Assembly: GCF_009914755.1 (NCBI RefSeq)
Contig: NC_060943.1
Origin: the human T2T-CHM13v2.0 reference genome, Homo sapiens
Length of the DNA: 64,000 nt
Direction: 5' to 3' (one strand)
Shown piece by piece: positions 19,992 to 32,645 of the stretch. The position numbers and the translations under genes are program-made. Numbering within the stretch: the first letter of the stretch is position 1; every line of letters begins with the position of its first letter. The notes below the pieces were generated by a model, which saw only the letters and a program-made list of their open reading frames with translations, searched no databases and had not been told where the DNA came from.

Positions 19992-22481
19992 CCTTCTCGC
20001 TCTTTCCGTGGCCCTCTCTTTCTGTCTCTGTCCGTCTGTGTGTGCGTGCGCCTCGGGACACATGTGCCCTGTGCGCCGGAGGGTGGGTTTCTTGCACGTC
20101 GGCCTTTCTTCTGGTCAGCCTCTCCCCGCGTCTCTGCCTGGGTCGTGTGGCCGGTTGGCAGTCGTCGTCCCGGCGGTTCCAGTTTGGGGGTCTGTGAAGG
20201 CCTGGGCAACGTGGGCATCGGCGTCGGACCCGCAGGGGTTTTCATCCCCTCCCCATCCGGAGCAGCCTCTTTGCTAGGCTGGATCCAGACGAGCGCTCCC
20301 CAACCAAGGACAACGGCCTCCCAGGCGCTCATCGTCCACCCGCAGGAGGGTGCCCGCAGAGCTTCAAGAAGGTGGTTGTCACGCCTGTCGCCCTCTGCCC
20401 TCATCGAGAAATGTAGCCACAGCTCGACGCAGGGACGGAGAAGGAAGCCGGCAAGGGGATGGGGCAAGCATGTCTGTCTCTCAAAGGCTGGCCTTCCTGG
20501 CCGAGTCACCCGTTTGACACTCCTCCCCGGATGCCGGTGGTGGTGGCATGGCCCCCCCGTATCCTGCCTGGGCTCTGGCCTCTGCTCTGACCTCCCTCTT
20601 GCTGTGTCTGCCCCGCCTCTGAGAAGCCTGGCGGCTTCTTAGTGTGGCTCAGTGTCTTCCACAAAGAAGACTTCCCCGTCCATCAGGGAGAAACCTCGTG
20701 GCGGTCCGCGTCATGATTGTTTCCCTCTCCACACCTCTTTCTGGATGATTGGGCAGCTGTGGTGATCCTGGAGCTCTGGGCTTCCATACCTGTGTGGGAC
20801 AGGGAAGCTCTCTCGGTCTCCATGGCCCAAGTGATGGCTGCACGCTCGGTCCAGGAAGAGGCGGAGGCAAGCCCACCGCTCCTGACATTGGCCTTCTAGG
20901 AAAGGCGGTGTTGCATCCCACCTGCACTTCCTCTCTGATTCTTGAGGGCCAACCGCTTCCTCCGCTCCTGGGGAAAGTGCCTTCTAGCACCGAATCTTTT
21001 GGCTGCCACGGATGTCAGGGAGCCAACGGGACTGGGTTTTGGCTGGGTGCAGGGGAGGTTGCGTCAGGGGTACCTAGCCGGCGGCGGGCTGGGGGTGGGG
21101 TGTACTTTGTCCAAACCTCTCGGCTCCTCTGGCGGGCCTCCCTGAACGTGGCGTGGACTCGCGCACAGGCCCTGTCTCGCAGGTTTTCAGGTGCGCTTGG
21201 CTTTTCCTCCGCTTTGTGGGGCAGGTCTCCAGTGGCCCCCCGGGCGCACGCCTGGACATCACTGTCCGTCTCGTCGTCGCCCCCTACGGCCTCAAAGACA
21301 CACGCTGCCTGCATGTGCTCTTGGGGGACGACAGTGCCACATGTGGACACACTGGCTCCAGCTCGGACTCGCCTCTGTCTCTCTTTGCCCGTGTCGCCGG
21401 AAGCCGCCTCGGGTTGCCGGAGCCCTCGGGCCTTGGAGATGAAGGCAGGCCCCTGCTCCTGCCAGGAAGGAGGGAGGCAGTGGGCTCATGGGTCGGTGCC
21501 TTTGCAGCCGACAGCACGCCTTGCGGCCCTGGGGATCTTCCTGTGCCCCGGCGAGACCCTTTCCGCCTCACTGCATTGGAACCCCATTCCCGATCACCCG
21601 CTGGGATCCATCATCGGACCCCAAGAGGAGTCCGCGCAGCCCAGCCGGCACCCCGAAGCTCCTCCTTCAGTGGGAACCGAAGCAGAAGAGCGATCAAGGA
21701 GGTCCTCACCACAGGACTCCTATGGGTCCGACCCTGGGTCTCCCGCAGGCCCCTCTGGCAGTCCTCTTCCCACCCGCCGCCTCGGGCTGCGCCTTCGCCG
21801 CCGCCGCCGCAACCTCCAGCACCGCCGCCCCAGGCCCCGCAGCCGCCGCGTCGCCGCCATTTTTTAAAGGGTCCGCAGCCTGACTCTGCGGAGTAAGGGG
21901 GGGTGGAGCGGGGGAGTCGGCCTCGCCAGCGCGCATGCGCGAGGCCCGAGCCGCCGCTTGGGTCACAGTGAAAGCCACCGTTGCCCGGGGATGGGTCCCT
22001 GACACTTGGGGAAGTAGGAGCCCTGTGTGATCGTGCGTCTGAGTCTGGGCTGAGACCAGTCCTGGCCAGGGCAGTTACCAGGACGGTCTCCGGAGGCCGG
22101 GATTCGCGGAGGGTCCAGCAGCAGGAAGAAACCCCAGGAGGAAGAAACCTCAGACAGATCGCCGGCGAGGCAGCGCGGGATCCCAGCCTCAGGCGTGCGC
22201 GGACGGTGTGCGGGTGAGTCTCCCCAAAAGTGGAGCCCTTGTGATGACGAGCACAGGTCCGCCTGCGTGCCCGTGGGCTGCTCTCTCACCGGTGGCTCTC
22301 AGTCGCGGAGAGCAGAACCCGGCAGCTTCAGGGGCTGCCTGCGGGAGGGTGTTCCCTGCTGTACGTGTGTGTTCGTCATGGGTGTGTGTGTGTGTGTGTT
22401 GGGGGGGGTGCGTCTGTGTGTGTGTCTGTGTGTGTGCGCGCGCAGTGCCTGTCTGTGTGCCGACTTCTGTCTCTCTCTCAC

Positions 22482-22518
<37 letters not shown>

Positions 22519-25008
22519 CCTTCTCGCTCTTTCCGTGGCCCTCTCTTTCTGTCTCTGTCCGTCTGTGTGTGCGTGCGCCTCGGGACACATGTGCCCTGTG
22601 CGCCGGAGGGTGGGTTTCTTGCACGTCGGCCTTTCTTCTGGTCAGCCTCTCCCCGCGTCTCTGCCTGGGTCGTGTGGCCGGTTGGCAGTCGTCGTCCCGG
22701 CGGTTCCAGTTTGGGGGTCTGTGAAGGCCTGGGCAACGTGGGCATCGGCGTCGGACCCGCAGGGGTTTTCATCCCCTCCCCATCCGGAGCAGCCTCTTTG
22801 CTAGGCTGGATCCAGACGAGCGCTCCCCAACCAAGGACAACGGCCTCCCAGGCGCTCATCGTCCACCCGCAGGAGGGTGCCCGCAGAGCTTCAAGAAGGT
22901 GGTTGTCACGCCTGTCGCCCTCTGCCCTCATCGAGAAATGTAGCCACAGCTCGACGCAGGGACGGAGAAGGAAGCCGGCAAGGGGATGGGGCAAGCATGT
23001 CTGTCTCTCAAAGGCTGGCCTTCCTGGCCGAGTCACCCGTTTGACACTCCTCCCCGGATGCCGGTGGTGGTGGCATGGCCCCCCCGTATCCTGCCTGGGC
23101 TCTGGCCTCTGCTCTGACCTCCCTCTTGCTGTGTCTGCCCCGCCTCTGAGAAGCCTGGCGGCTTCTTAGTGTGGCTCAGTGTCTTCCACAAAGAAGACTT
23201 CCCCGTCCATCAGGGAGAAACCTCGTGGCGGTCCGCGTCATGATTGTTTCCCTCTCCACACCTCTTTCTGGATGATTGGGCAGCTGTGGTGATCCTGGAG
23301 CTCTGGGCTTCCATACCTGTGTGGGACAGGGAAGCTCTCTCGGTCTCCATGGCCCAAGTGATGGCTGCACGCTCGGTCCAGGAAGAGGCGGAGGCAAGCC
23401 CACCGCTCCTGACATTGGCCTTCTAGGAAAGGCGGTGTTGCATCCCACCTGCACTTCCTCTCTGATTCTTGAGGGCCAACCGCTTCCTCCGCTCCTGGGG
23501 AAAGTGCCTTCTAGCACCGAATCTTTTGGCTGCCACGGATGTCAGGGAGCCAACGGGACTGGGTTTTGGCTGGGTGCAGGGGAGGTTGCGTCAGGGGTAC
23601 CTAGCCGGCGGCGGGCTGGGGGTGGGGTGTACTTTGTCCAAACCTCTCGGCTCCTCTGGCGGGCCTCCCTGAACGTGGCGTGGACTCGCGCACAGGCCCT
23701 GTCTCGCAGGTTTTCAGGTGCGCTTGGCTTTTCCTCCGCTTTGTGGGGCAGGTCTCCAGTGGCCCCCCGGGCGCACGCCTGGACATCACTGTCCGTCTCG
23801 TCGTCGCCCCCTACGGCCTCAAAGACACACGCTGCCTGCATGTGCTCTTGGGGGACGACAGTGCCACATGTGGACACGCTGGCTCCAGCTCGGACTCGCC
23901 TCTGTCTCTCTTTGCCCGTGTCGCCGGAAGCCGCCTCGGGTTGCCGGAGCCCTCGGGCCTTGGAGATGAAGGCAGGCCCCTGCTCCTGCCAGGAAGGAGG
24001 GAGGCAGTGGGCTCATGGGTCGGTGCCTTTGCAGCCGACAGCACGCCTTGCGGCCCTGGGGATCTTCCTGTGCCCCGGCGAGACCCTTTCCGCCTCACTG
24101 CATTGGAACCCCATTCCCGATCACCCGCTGGGATCCATCATCGGACCCCAAGAGGAGTCCGCGCAGCCCAGCCGGCACCCCGAAGCTCCTCCTTCAGTGG
24201 GAACCGAAGCAGAAGAGCGATCAAGGAGGTCCTCACCACAGGACTCCTATGGGTCCGACCCTGGGTCTCCCGCAGGCCCCTCTGGCAGTCCTCTTCCCAC
24301 CCGCCGCCTCGGGCTGCGCCTTCGCCGCCGCCGCCGCAACCTCCAGCACCGCCGCCCCAGGCCCCGCAGCCGCCGCGTCGCCGCCATTTTTTAAAGGGTC
24401 CGCAGCCTGACTCTGCGGAGTAAGGGGGGGTGGAGCGGGGGAGTCGGCCTCGCCAGCGCGCATGCGCGAGGCCCGAGCCGCCGCTTGGGTCACAGTGAAA
24501 GCCACCGTTGCCCGGGGATGGGTCCCTGACACTTGGGGAAGTAGGAGCCCTGTGTGATCGTGCGTCTGAGTCTGGGCTGAGACCAGTCCTGGCCAGGGCA
24601 GTTACCAGGACGGTCTCCGGAGGCCGGGATTCGCGGAGGGTCCAGCAGCAGGAAGAAACCCCAGGAGGAAGAAACCTCAGACAGATCGCCGGCGAGGCAG
24701 CGCGGGATCCCAGCCTCAGGCGTGCGCGGACGGTGTGCGGGTGAGTCTCCCCAAAAGTGGAGCCCTTGTGATGACGAGCACAGGTCCGCCTGCGTGCCCG
24801 TGGGCTGCTCTCTCACCGGTGGCTCTCAGTCGCGGAGAGCAGAACCCGGCAGCTTCAGGGGCTGCCTGCGGGAGGGTGTTCCCTGCTGTACGTGTGTGTT
24901 CGTCATGGGTGTGTGTGTGTGTGTGTTGGGGGGGGTGCGTCTGTGTGTGTGTCTGTGTGTGTGCGCGCGCAGTGCCTGTCTGTGTGCCGACTTCTGTCTC
25001 TCTCTCAC

Positions 25009-25051
<43 letters not shown>

Positions 25052-27542
25052 CCTTCTCGCTCTTTCCGTGGCCCTCTCTTTCTGTCTCTGTCCGTCTGTG
25101 TGTGCGTGCGCCTCGGGACACATGTGCCCTGTGCGCCGGAGGGTGGGTTTCTTGCACGTCGGCCTTTCTTCTGGTCAGCCTCTCCCCGCGTCTCTGCCTG
25201 GGTCGTGTGGCCGGTTGGCAGTCGTCGTCCCGGCGGTTCCAGTTTGGGGGTCTGTGAAGGCCTGGGCAACGTGGGCATCGGCGTCGGACCCGCAGGGGTT
25301 TTCATCCCCTCCCCATCCGGAGCAGCCTCTTTGCTAGGCTGGATCCAGACGAGCGCTCCCCAACCAAGGACAACGGCCTCCCAGGCGCTCATCGTCCACC
25401 CGCAGGAGGGTGCCCGCAGAGCTTCAAGAAGGTGGTTGTCACGCCTGTCGCCCTCTGCCCTCATCGAGAAATGTAGCCACAGCTCGACGCAGGGACGGAG
25501 AAGGAAGCCGGCAAGGGGATGGGGCAAGCATGTCTGTCTCTCAAAGGCTGGCCTTCCTGGCCGAGTCACCCGTTTGACACTCCTCCCCGGATGCCGGTGG
25601 TGGTGGCATGGCCCCCCCGTATCCTGCCTGGGCTCTGGCCTCTGCTCTGACCTCCCTCTTGCTGTGTCTGCCCCGCCTCTGAGAAGCCTGGCGGCTTCTT
25701 AGTGTGGCTCAGTGTCTTCCACAAAGAAGACTTCCCCGTCCATCAGGGAGAAACCTCGTGGCGGTCCGCGTCATGATTGTTTCCCTCTCCACACCTCTTT
25801 CTGGATGATTGGGCAGCTGTGGTGATCCTGGAGCTCTGGGCTTCCATACCTGTGTGGGACAGGGAAGCTCTCTCGGTCTCCATGGCCCAAGTGATGGCTG
25901 CACGCTCGGTCCAGGAAGAGGCGGAGGCAAGCCCACCGCTCCTGACATTGGCCTTCTAGGAAAGGCGGTGTTGCATCCCACCTGCACTTCCTCTCTGATT
26001 CTTGAGGGCCAACCGCTTCCTCCGCTCCTGGGGAAAGTGCCTTCTAGCACCGAATCTTTTGGCTGCCACGGATGTCAGGGAGCCAACGGGACTGGGTTTT
26101 GGCTGGGTGCAGGGGAGGTTGCGTCAGGGGTACCTAGCCGGCGGCGGGCTGGGGGTGGGGTGTACTTTGTCCAAACCTCTCGGCTCCTCTGGCGGGCCTC
26201 CCTGAACGTGGCGTGGACTCGCGCACAGGCCCTGTCTCGCAGGTTTTCAGGTGCGCTTGGCTTTTCCTCCGCTTTGTGGGGCAGGTCTCCAGTGGCCCCC
26301 CGGGCGCACGCCTGGACATCACTGTCCGTCTCGTCGTCGCCCCCTACGGCCTCAAAGACACACGCTGCCTGCATGTGCTCTTGGGGGACGACAGTGCCAC
26401 ATGTGGACACACTGGCTCCAGCTCGGACTCGCCTCTGTCTCTCTTTGCCCGTGTCGCCGGAAGCCGCCTCGGGTTGCCGGAGCCCTCGGGCCTTGGAGAT
26501 GAAGGCAGGCCCCTGCTCCTGCCAGGAAGGAGGGAGGCAGTGGGCTCATGGGTCGGTGCCTTTGCAGCCGACAGCACGCCTTGCGGCCCTGGGGATCTTC
26601 CTGTGCCCCGGCGAGACCCTTTCCGCCTCACTGCATTGGAACCCCATTCCCGATCACCCGCTGGGATCCATCATCGGACCCCAAGAGGAGTCCGCGCAGC
26701 CCAGCCGGCACCCCGAAGCTCCTCCTTCAGTGGGAACCGAAGCAGAAGAGCGATCAAGGAGGTCCTCACCACAGGACTCCTATGGGTCCGACCCTGGGTC
26801 TCCCGCAGGCCCCTCTGGCAGTCCTCTTCCCACCCGCCGCCTCGGGCTGCGCCTTCGCCGCCGCCGCCGCAACCTCCAGCACCGCCGCCCCAGGCCCCGC
26901 AGCCGCCGCGTCGCCGCCATTTTTTAAAGGGTCCGCAGCCTGACTCTGCGGAGTAAGGGGGGGTGGAGCGGGGGAGTCGGCCTCGCCAGCGCGCATGCGC
27001 GAGGCCCGAGCCGCCGCTTGGGTCACAGTGAAAGCCACCGTTGCCCGGGGATGGGTCCCTGACACTTGGGGAAGTAGGAGCCCTGTGTGATCGTGCGTCT
27101 GAGTCTGGGCTGAGACCAGTCCTGGCCAGGGCAGTTACCAGGACGGTCTCCGGAGGCCGGGATTCGCGGAGGGTCCAGCAGCAGGAAGAAACCCCAGGAG
27201 GAAGAAACCTCAGACAGATCGCCGGCGAGGCAGCGCGGGATCCCAGCCTCAGGCGTGCGCGGACGGTGTGCGGGTGAGTCTCCCCAAAAGTGGAGCCCTT
27301 GTGATGACGAGCACAGGTCCGCCTGCGTGCCCGTGGGCTGCTCTCTCACCGGTGGCTCTCAGTCGCGGAGAGCAGAACCCGGCAGCTTCAGGGGCTGCCT
27401 GCGGGAGGGTGTTCCCTGCTGTACGTGTGTGTTCGTCATGGGTGTGTGTGTGTGTGTGTTGGGGGGGGTGCGTCTGTGTGTGTGTCTGTGTGTGTGCGCG
27501 CGCAGTGCCTGTCTGTGTGCCGACTTCTGTCTCTCTCTCACG

Positions 27543-27574
<32 letters not shown>

Positions 27575-30061
27575 CCTTCTCGCTCTTTCCGTGGCCCTCT
27601 CTTTCTGTCTCTGTCCGTCTGTGTGTGCGTGCGCCTCGGGACACATGTGCCCTGTGCGCCGGAGGGTGGGTTTCTTGCACGTCGGCCTTTCTTCTGGTCA
27701 GCCTCTCCCCGCGTCTCTGCCTGGGTCGTGTGGCCGGTTGGCAGTCGTCGTCCCGGCGGTTCCAGTTTGGGGGTCTGTGAAGGCCTGGGCAACGTGGGCA
27801 TCGGCGTCGGACCCGCAGGGGTTTTCATCCCCTCCCCATCCGGAGCAGCCTCTTTGCTAGGCTGGATCCAGACGAGCGCTCCCCAACCAAGGACAACGGC
27901 CTCCCAGGCGCTCATCGTCCACCCGCAGGAGGGTGCCCGCAGAGCTTCAAGAAGGTGGTTGTCACGCCTGTCGCCCTCTGCCCTCATCGAGAAATGTAGC
28001 CACAGCTCGACGCAGGGACGGAGAAGGAAGCCGGCAAGGGGATGGGGCAAGCATGTCTGTCTCTCAAAGGCTGGCCTTCCTGGCCGAGTCACCCGTTTGA
28101 CACTCCTCCCCGGATGCCGGTGGTGGTGGCATGGCCCCCCCGTATCCTGCCTGGGCTCTGGCCTCTGCTCTGACCTCCCTCTTGCTGTGTCTGCCCCGCC
28201 TCTGAGAAGCCTGGCGGCTTCTTAGTGTGGCTCAGTGTCTTCCACAAAGAAGACTTCCCCGTCCATCAGGGAGAAACCTCGTGGCGGTCCGCGTCATGAT
28301 TGTTTCCCTCTCCACACCTCTTTCTGGATGATTGGGCAGCTGTGGTGATCCTGGAGCTCTGGGCTTCCATACCTGTGTGGGACAGGGAAGCTCTCTCGGT
28401 CTCCATGGCCCAAGTGATGGCTGCACGCTCGGTCCAGGAAGAGGCGGAGGCAAGCCCACCGCTCCTGACATTGGCCTTCTAGGAAAGGCGGTGTTGCATC
28501 CCACCTGCACTTCCTCTCTGATTCTTGAGGGCCAACCGCTTCCTCCGCTCCTGGGGAAAGTGCCTTCTAGCACCGAATCTTTTGGCTGCCACGGATGTCA
28601 GGGAGCCAACGGGACTGGGTTTTGGCTGGGTGCAGGGGAGGTTGCGTCAGGGGTACCTAGCCGGCGGCGGGCTGGGGGTGGGGTGTACTTTGTCCAAACC
28701 TCTCGGCTCCTCTGGCGGGCCTCCCTGAACGTGGCGTGGACTCGCGCACAGGCCCTGTCTCGCAGGTTTTCAGGTGCGCTTGGCTTTTCCTCCGCTTTGT
28801 GGGGCAGGTCTCCAGTGGCCCCCCGGGCGCACGCCTGGACATCACTGTCCGTCTCGTCGTCGCCCCCTACGGCCTCAAAGACACACGCTGCCTGCATGTG
28901 CTCTTGGGGGACGACAGTGCCACATGTGGACACACTGGCTCCAGCTCGGACTCGCCTCTGTCTCTCTTTGCCCGTGTCGCCGGAAGCCGCCTCGGGTTGC
29001 CGGAGCCCTCGGGCCTTGGAGATGAAGGCAGGCCCCTGCTCCTGCCAGGAAGGAGGGAGGCAGTGGGCTCATGGGTCGGTGCCTTTGCAGCCGACAGCAC
29101 GCCTTGCGGCCCTGGGGATCTTCCTGTGCCCCGGCGAGACCCTTTCCGCCTCACTGCATTGGAACCCCATTCCCGATCACCCGCTGGGATCCATCATCGG
29201 ACCCCAAGAGGAGTCCGCGCAGCCCAGCCGGCACCCCGAAGCTCCTCCTTCAGTGGGAACCGAAGCAGAAGAGCGATCAAGGAGGTCCTCACCACAGGAC
29301 TCATGGGTCCGACCCTGGGTCTCCCGCAGGCCCCTCTGGCAGTCCTCTCCCCACCCGCCGCCTCGGGCTGCGCCTTCGCCGCCGCCGCCGCAACCTCCAG
29401 CACCGCCGCCCCAGGCCCCGCAGCCGCCGCGTCGCCGCCATTTTTTAAAGGGTCCGCAGCCTGACTCTGCGGAGTAAGGGGGGGTGGAGCGGGGGAGTCG
29501 GCCTCGCCAGCGCGCATGCGCGAGGCCCGAGCCGCCGCTTGGGTCACAGTGAAAGCCACCGTTGCCCGGGGATGGGTCCCTGACACTTGGGGAAGTAGGA
29601 GCCCTGTGTGATCGTACGTCTGAGTCTGGGCTGAGACCAGTCCTGGCCAGGGCAGTTACCAGGACGGTCTCCGGAGGCCGGGATTCGCGGAGGGTCCAGC
29701 AGCAGGAAGAAACCCCAGGAGGAAGAAACCTCAGACAGATCGCCGGCGAGGCAGCGCGGGATCCCAGCCTCAGGCGTGCGCGGACGGTGTGCGGGTGAGT
29801 CTCCCCAAAAGTGGAGCCCTTGTGATGACGAGCACAGGTCCGCCTGCGTGCCCGTGGGCTGCTCTCTCACCTGTGGCTCTCAGTCGCGGAGAGCAGAACC
29901 CGGCAGCTTCAGGGGCTGCCTGCGGGAGGGTGTTCCCTGCTGTACGTGTGTGTTCGTCATGGGTGTGTGTGTGTGTGTGTTGGGGGGGTGCGTCTGTGTG
30001 TGTGTCTGTGTGTGTGCGCGCGCAGTGCCTGTCTGTGTGCCGACTTCTGTCTCTCTCTCAC

Positions 30062-30102
<41 letters not shown>

Positions 30103-32590
30103 CCTTCTCGCTCTTTCCGTGGCCCTCTCTTTCTGTCTCTGTCCGTCTGTGTGCGTGCGCCTCGGGACACATGTGCCCTGTGCGCCGGAGGGTGGGTTTC
30201 TTGCACGTCGGCCTTTCTTCTGGTCAGCCTCTCCCCGCGTCTCTGCCTGGGTCGTGTGGCCGGTTGGCAGTCGTCGTCCCGGCGGTTCCAGTTTGGGGGT
30301 CTGTGAAGGCCTGGGCAACGTGGGCATCGGCGTCGGACCCGCAGGGGTTTTCATCCCCTCCCCATCCGGAGCAGCCTCTTTGCTAGGCTGGATCCAGACG
30401 AGCGCTCCCCAACCAAGGACAACGGCCTCCCAGGCGCTCATCGTCCACCCGCAGGAGGGTGCCCGCAGAGCTTCAAGAAGGTGGTTGTCACGCCTGTCGC
30501 CCTCTGCCCTCATCGAGAAATGTAGCCACAGCTCGACGCAGGGACGGAGAAGGAAGCCGGCAAGGGGATGGGGCAAGCATGTCTGTCTCTCAAAGGCTGG
30601 CCTTCCTGGCCGAGTCACCCGTTTGACACTCCTCCCCGGATGCCGGTGGTGGTGGCATGGCCCCCCCGTATCCTGCCTGGGCTCTGGCCTCTGCTCTGAC
30701 CTCCCTCTTGCTGTGTCTGCCCCGCCTCTGAGAAGCCTGGCGGCTTCTTAGTGTGGCTCAGTGTCTTCCACAAAGAAGACTTCCCCGTCCATCAGGGAGA
30801 AACCTCGTGGCGGTCCGCGTCATGATTGTTTCCCTCTCCACACCTCTTTCTGGATGATTGGGCAGCTGTGGTGATCCTGGAGCTCTGGGCTTCCATACCT
30901 GTGTGGGACAGGGAAGCTCTCTCGGTCTCCATGGCCCAAGTGATGGCTGCACGCTCGGTCCAGGAAGAGGCGGAGGCAAGCCCACCGCTCCTGACATTGG
31001 CCTTCTAGGAAAGGCGGTGTTGCATCCCACCTGCACTTCCTCTCTGATTCTTGAGGGCCAACCGCTTCCTCCGCTCCTGGGGAAAGTGCCTTCTAGCACC
31101 GAATCTTTTGGCTGCCACGGATGTCAGGGAGCCAACGGGACTGGGTTTTGGCTGGGTGCAGGGGAGGTTGCGTCAGGGGTACCTAGCCGGCGGCGGGCTG
31201 GGGGTGGGGTGTACTTTGTCCAAACCTCTCGGCTCCTCTGGCGGGCCTCCCTGAACGTGGCGTGGACTCGCGCACAGGCCCTGTCTCGCAGGTTTTCAGG
31301 TGCGCTTGGCTTTTCCTCCGCTTTGTGGGGCAGGTCTCCAGTGGCCCCCCGGGCGCACGCCTGGACATCACTGTCCGTCTCGTCGTCGCCCCCTACGGCC
31401 TCAAAGACACACGCTGCCTGCATGTGCTCTTGGGGGACGACAGTGCCACATGTGGACACGCTGGCTCCAGCTCGGACTCGCCTCTGTCTCTCTTTGCCCG
31501 TGTCGCCGGAAGCCGCCTCGGGTTGCCGGAGCCCTCGGGCCTTGGAGATGAAGGCAGGCCCCTGCTCCTGCCAGGAAGGAGGGAGGCAGTGGGCTCATGG
31601 GTCGGTGCCTTTGCAGCCGACAGCACGCCTTGCGGCCCTGGGGATCTTCCTGTGCCCCGGCGAGACCCTTTCCGCCTCACTGCATTGGAACCCCATTCCC
31701 GATCACCCGCTGGGATCCATCATCGGACCCCAAGAGGAGTCCGCGCAGCCCAGCCGGCACCCCGAAGCTCCTCCTTCAGTGGGAACCGAAGCAGAAGAGC
31801 GATCAAGGAGGTCCTCACCACAGGACTCCTATGGGTCCGACCCTGGGTCTCCCGCAGGCCCCTCTGGCAGTCCTCTTCCCACCCGCCGCCTCGGGCTGCG
31901 CCTTCGCCGCCGCCGCCGCAACCTCCAGCACCGCCGCCCCAGGCCCCGCAGCCGCCGCGTCGCCGCCATTTTTTAAAGGGTCCGCAGCCTGACTCTGCGG
32001 AGTAAGGGGGGGTGGAGCGGGGGAGTCGGCCTCGCCAGCGCGCATGCGCGAGGCCCGAGCCGCCGCTTGGGTCACAGTGAAAGCCACCGTTGCCCGGGGA
32101 TGGGTCCCTGACACTTGGGGAAGTAGGAGCCCTGTGTGATCGTGCGTCTGAGTCTGGGCTGAGACCAGTCCTGGCCAGGGCAGTTACCAGGACGGTCTCC
32201 GGAGGCCGGGATTCGCGGAGGGTCCAGCAGCAGGAAGAAACCCCAGGAGGAAGAAACCTCAGACAGATCGCCGGCGAGGCAGCGCGGGATCCCAGCCTCA
32301 GGCGTGCGCGGACGGTGTGCGGGTGAGTCTCCCCAAAAGTGGAGCCCTTGTGATGACGAGCACAGGTCCGCCTGCGTGCCCGTGGGCTGCTCTCTCACCG
32401 GTGGCTCTCAGTCGCGGAGAGCAGAACCCGGCAGCTTCAGGGGCTGCCTGCGGGAGGGTGTTCCCTGCTGTACGTGTGTGTTCGTCATGGGTGTGTGTGT
32501 GTGTGTGTTGGGGGGGGTGCGTCTGTGTGTGTGTCTGTGTGTGTGCGCGCGCAGTGCCTGTCTGTGTGCCGACTTCTGTCTCTCTCTCAC

Positions 32591-32645
<55 letters not shown>

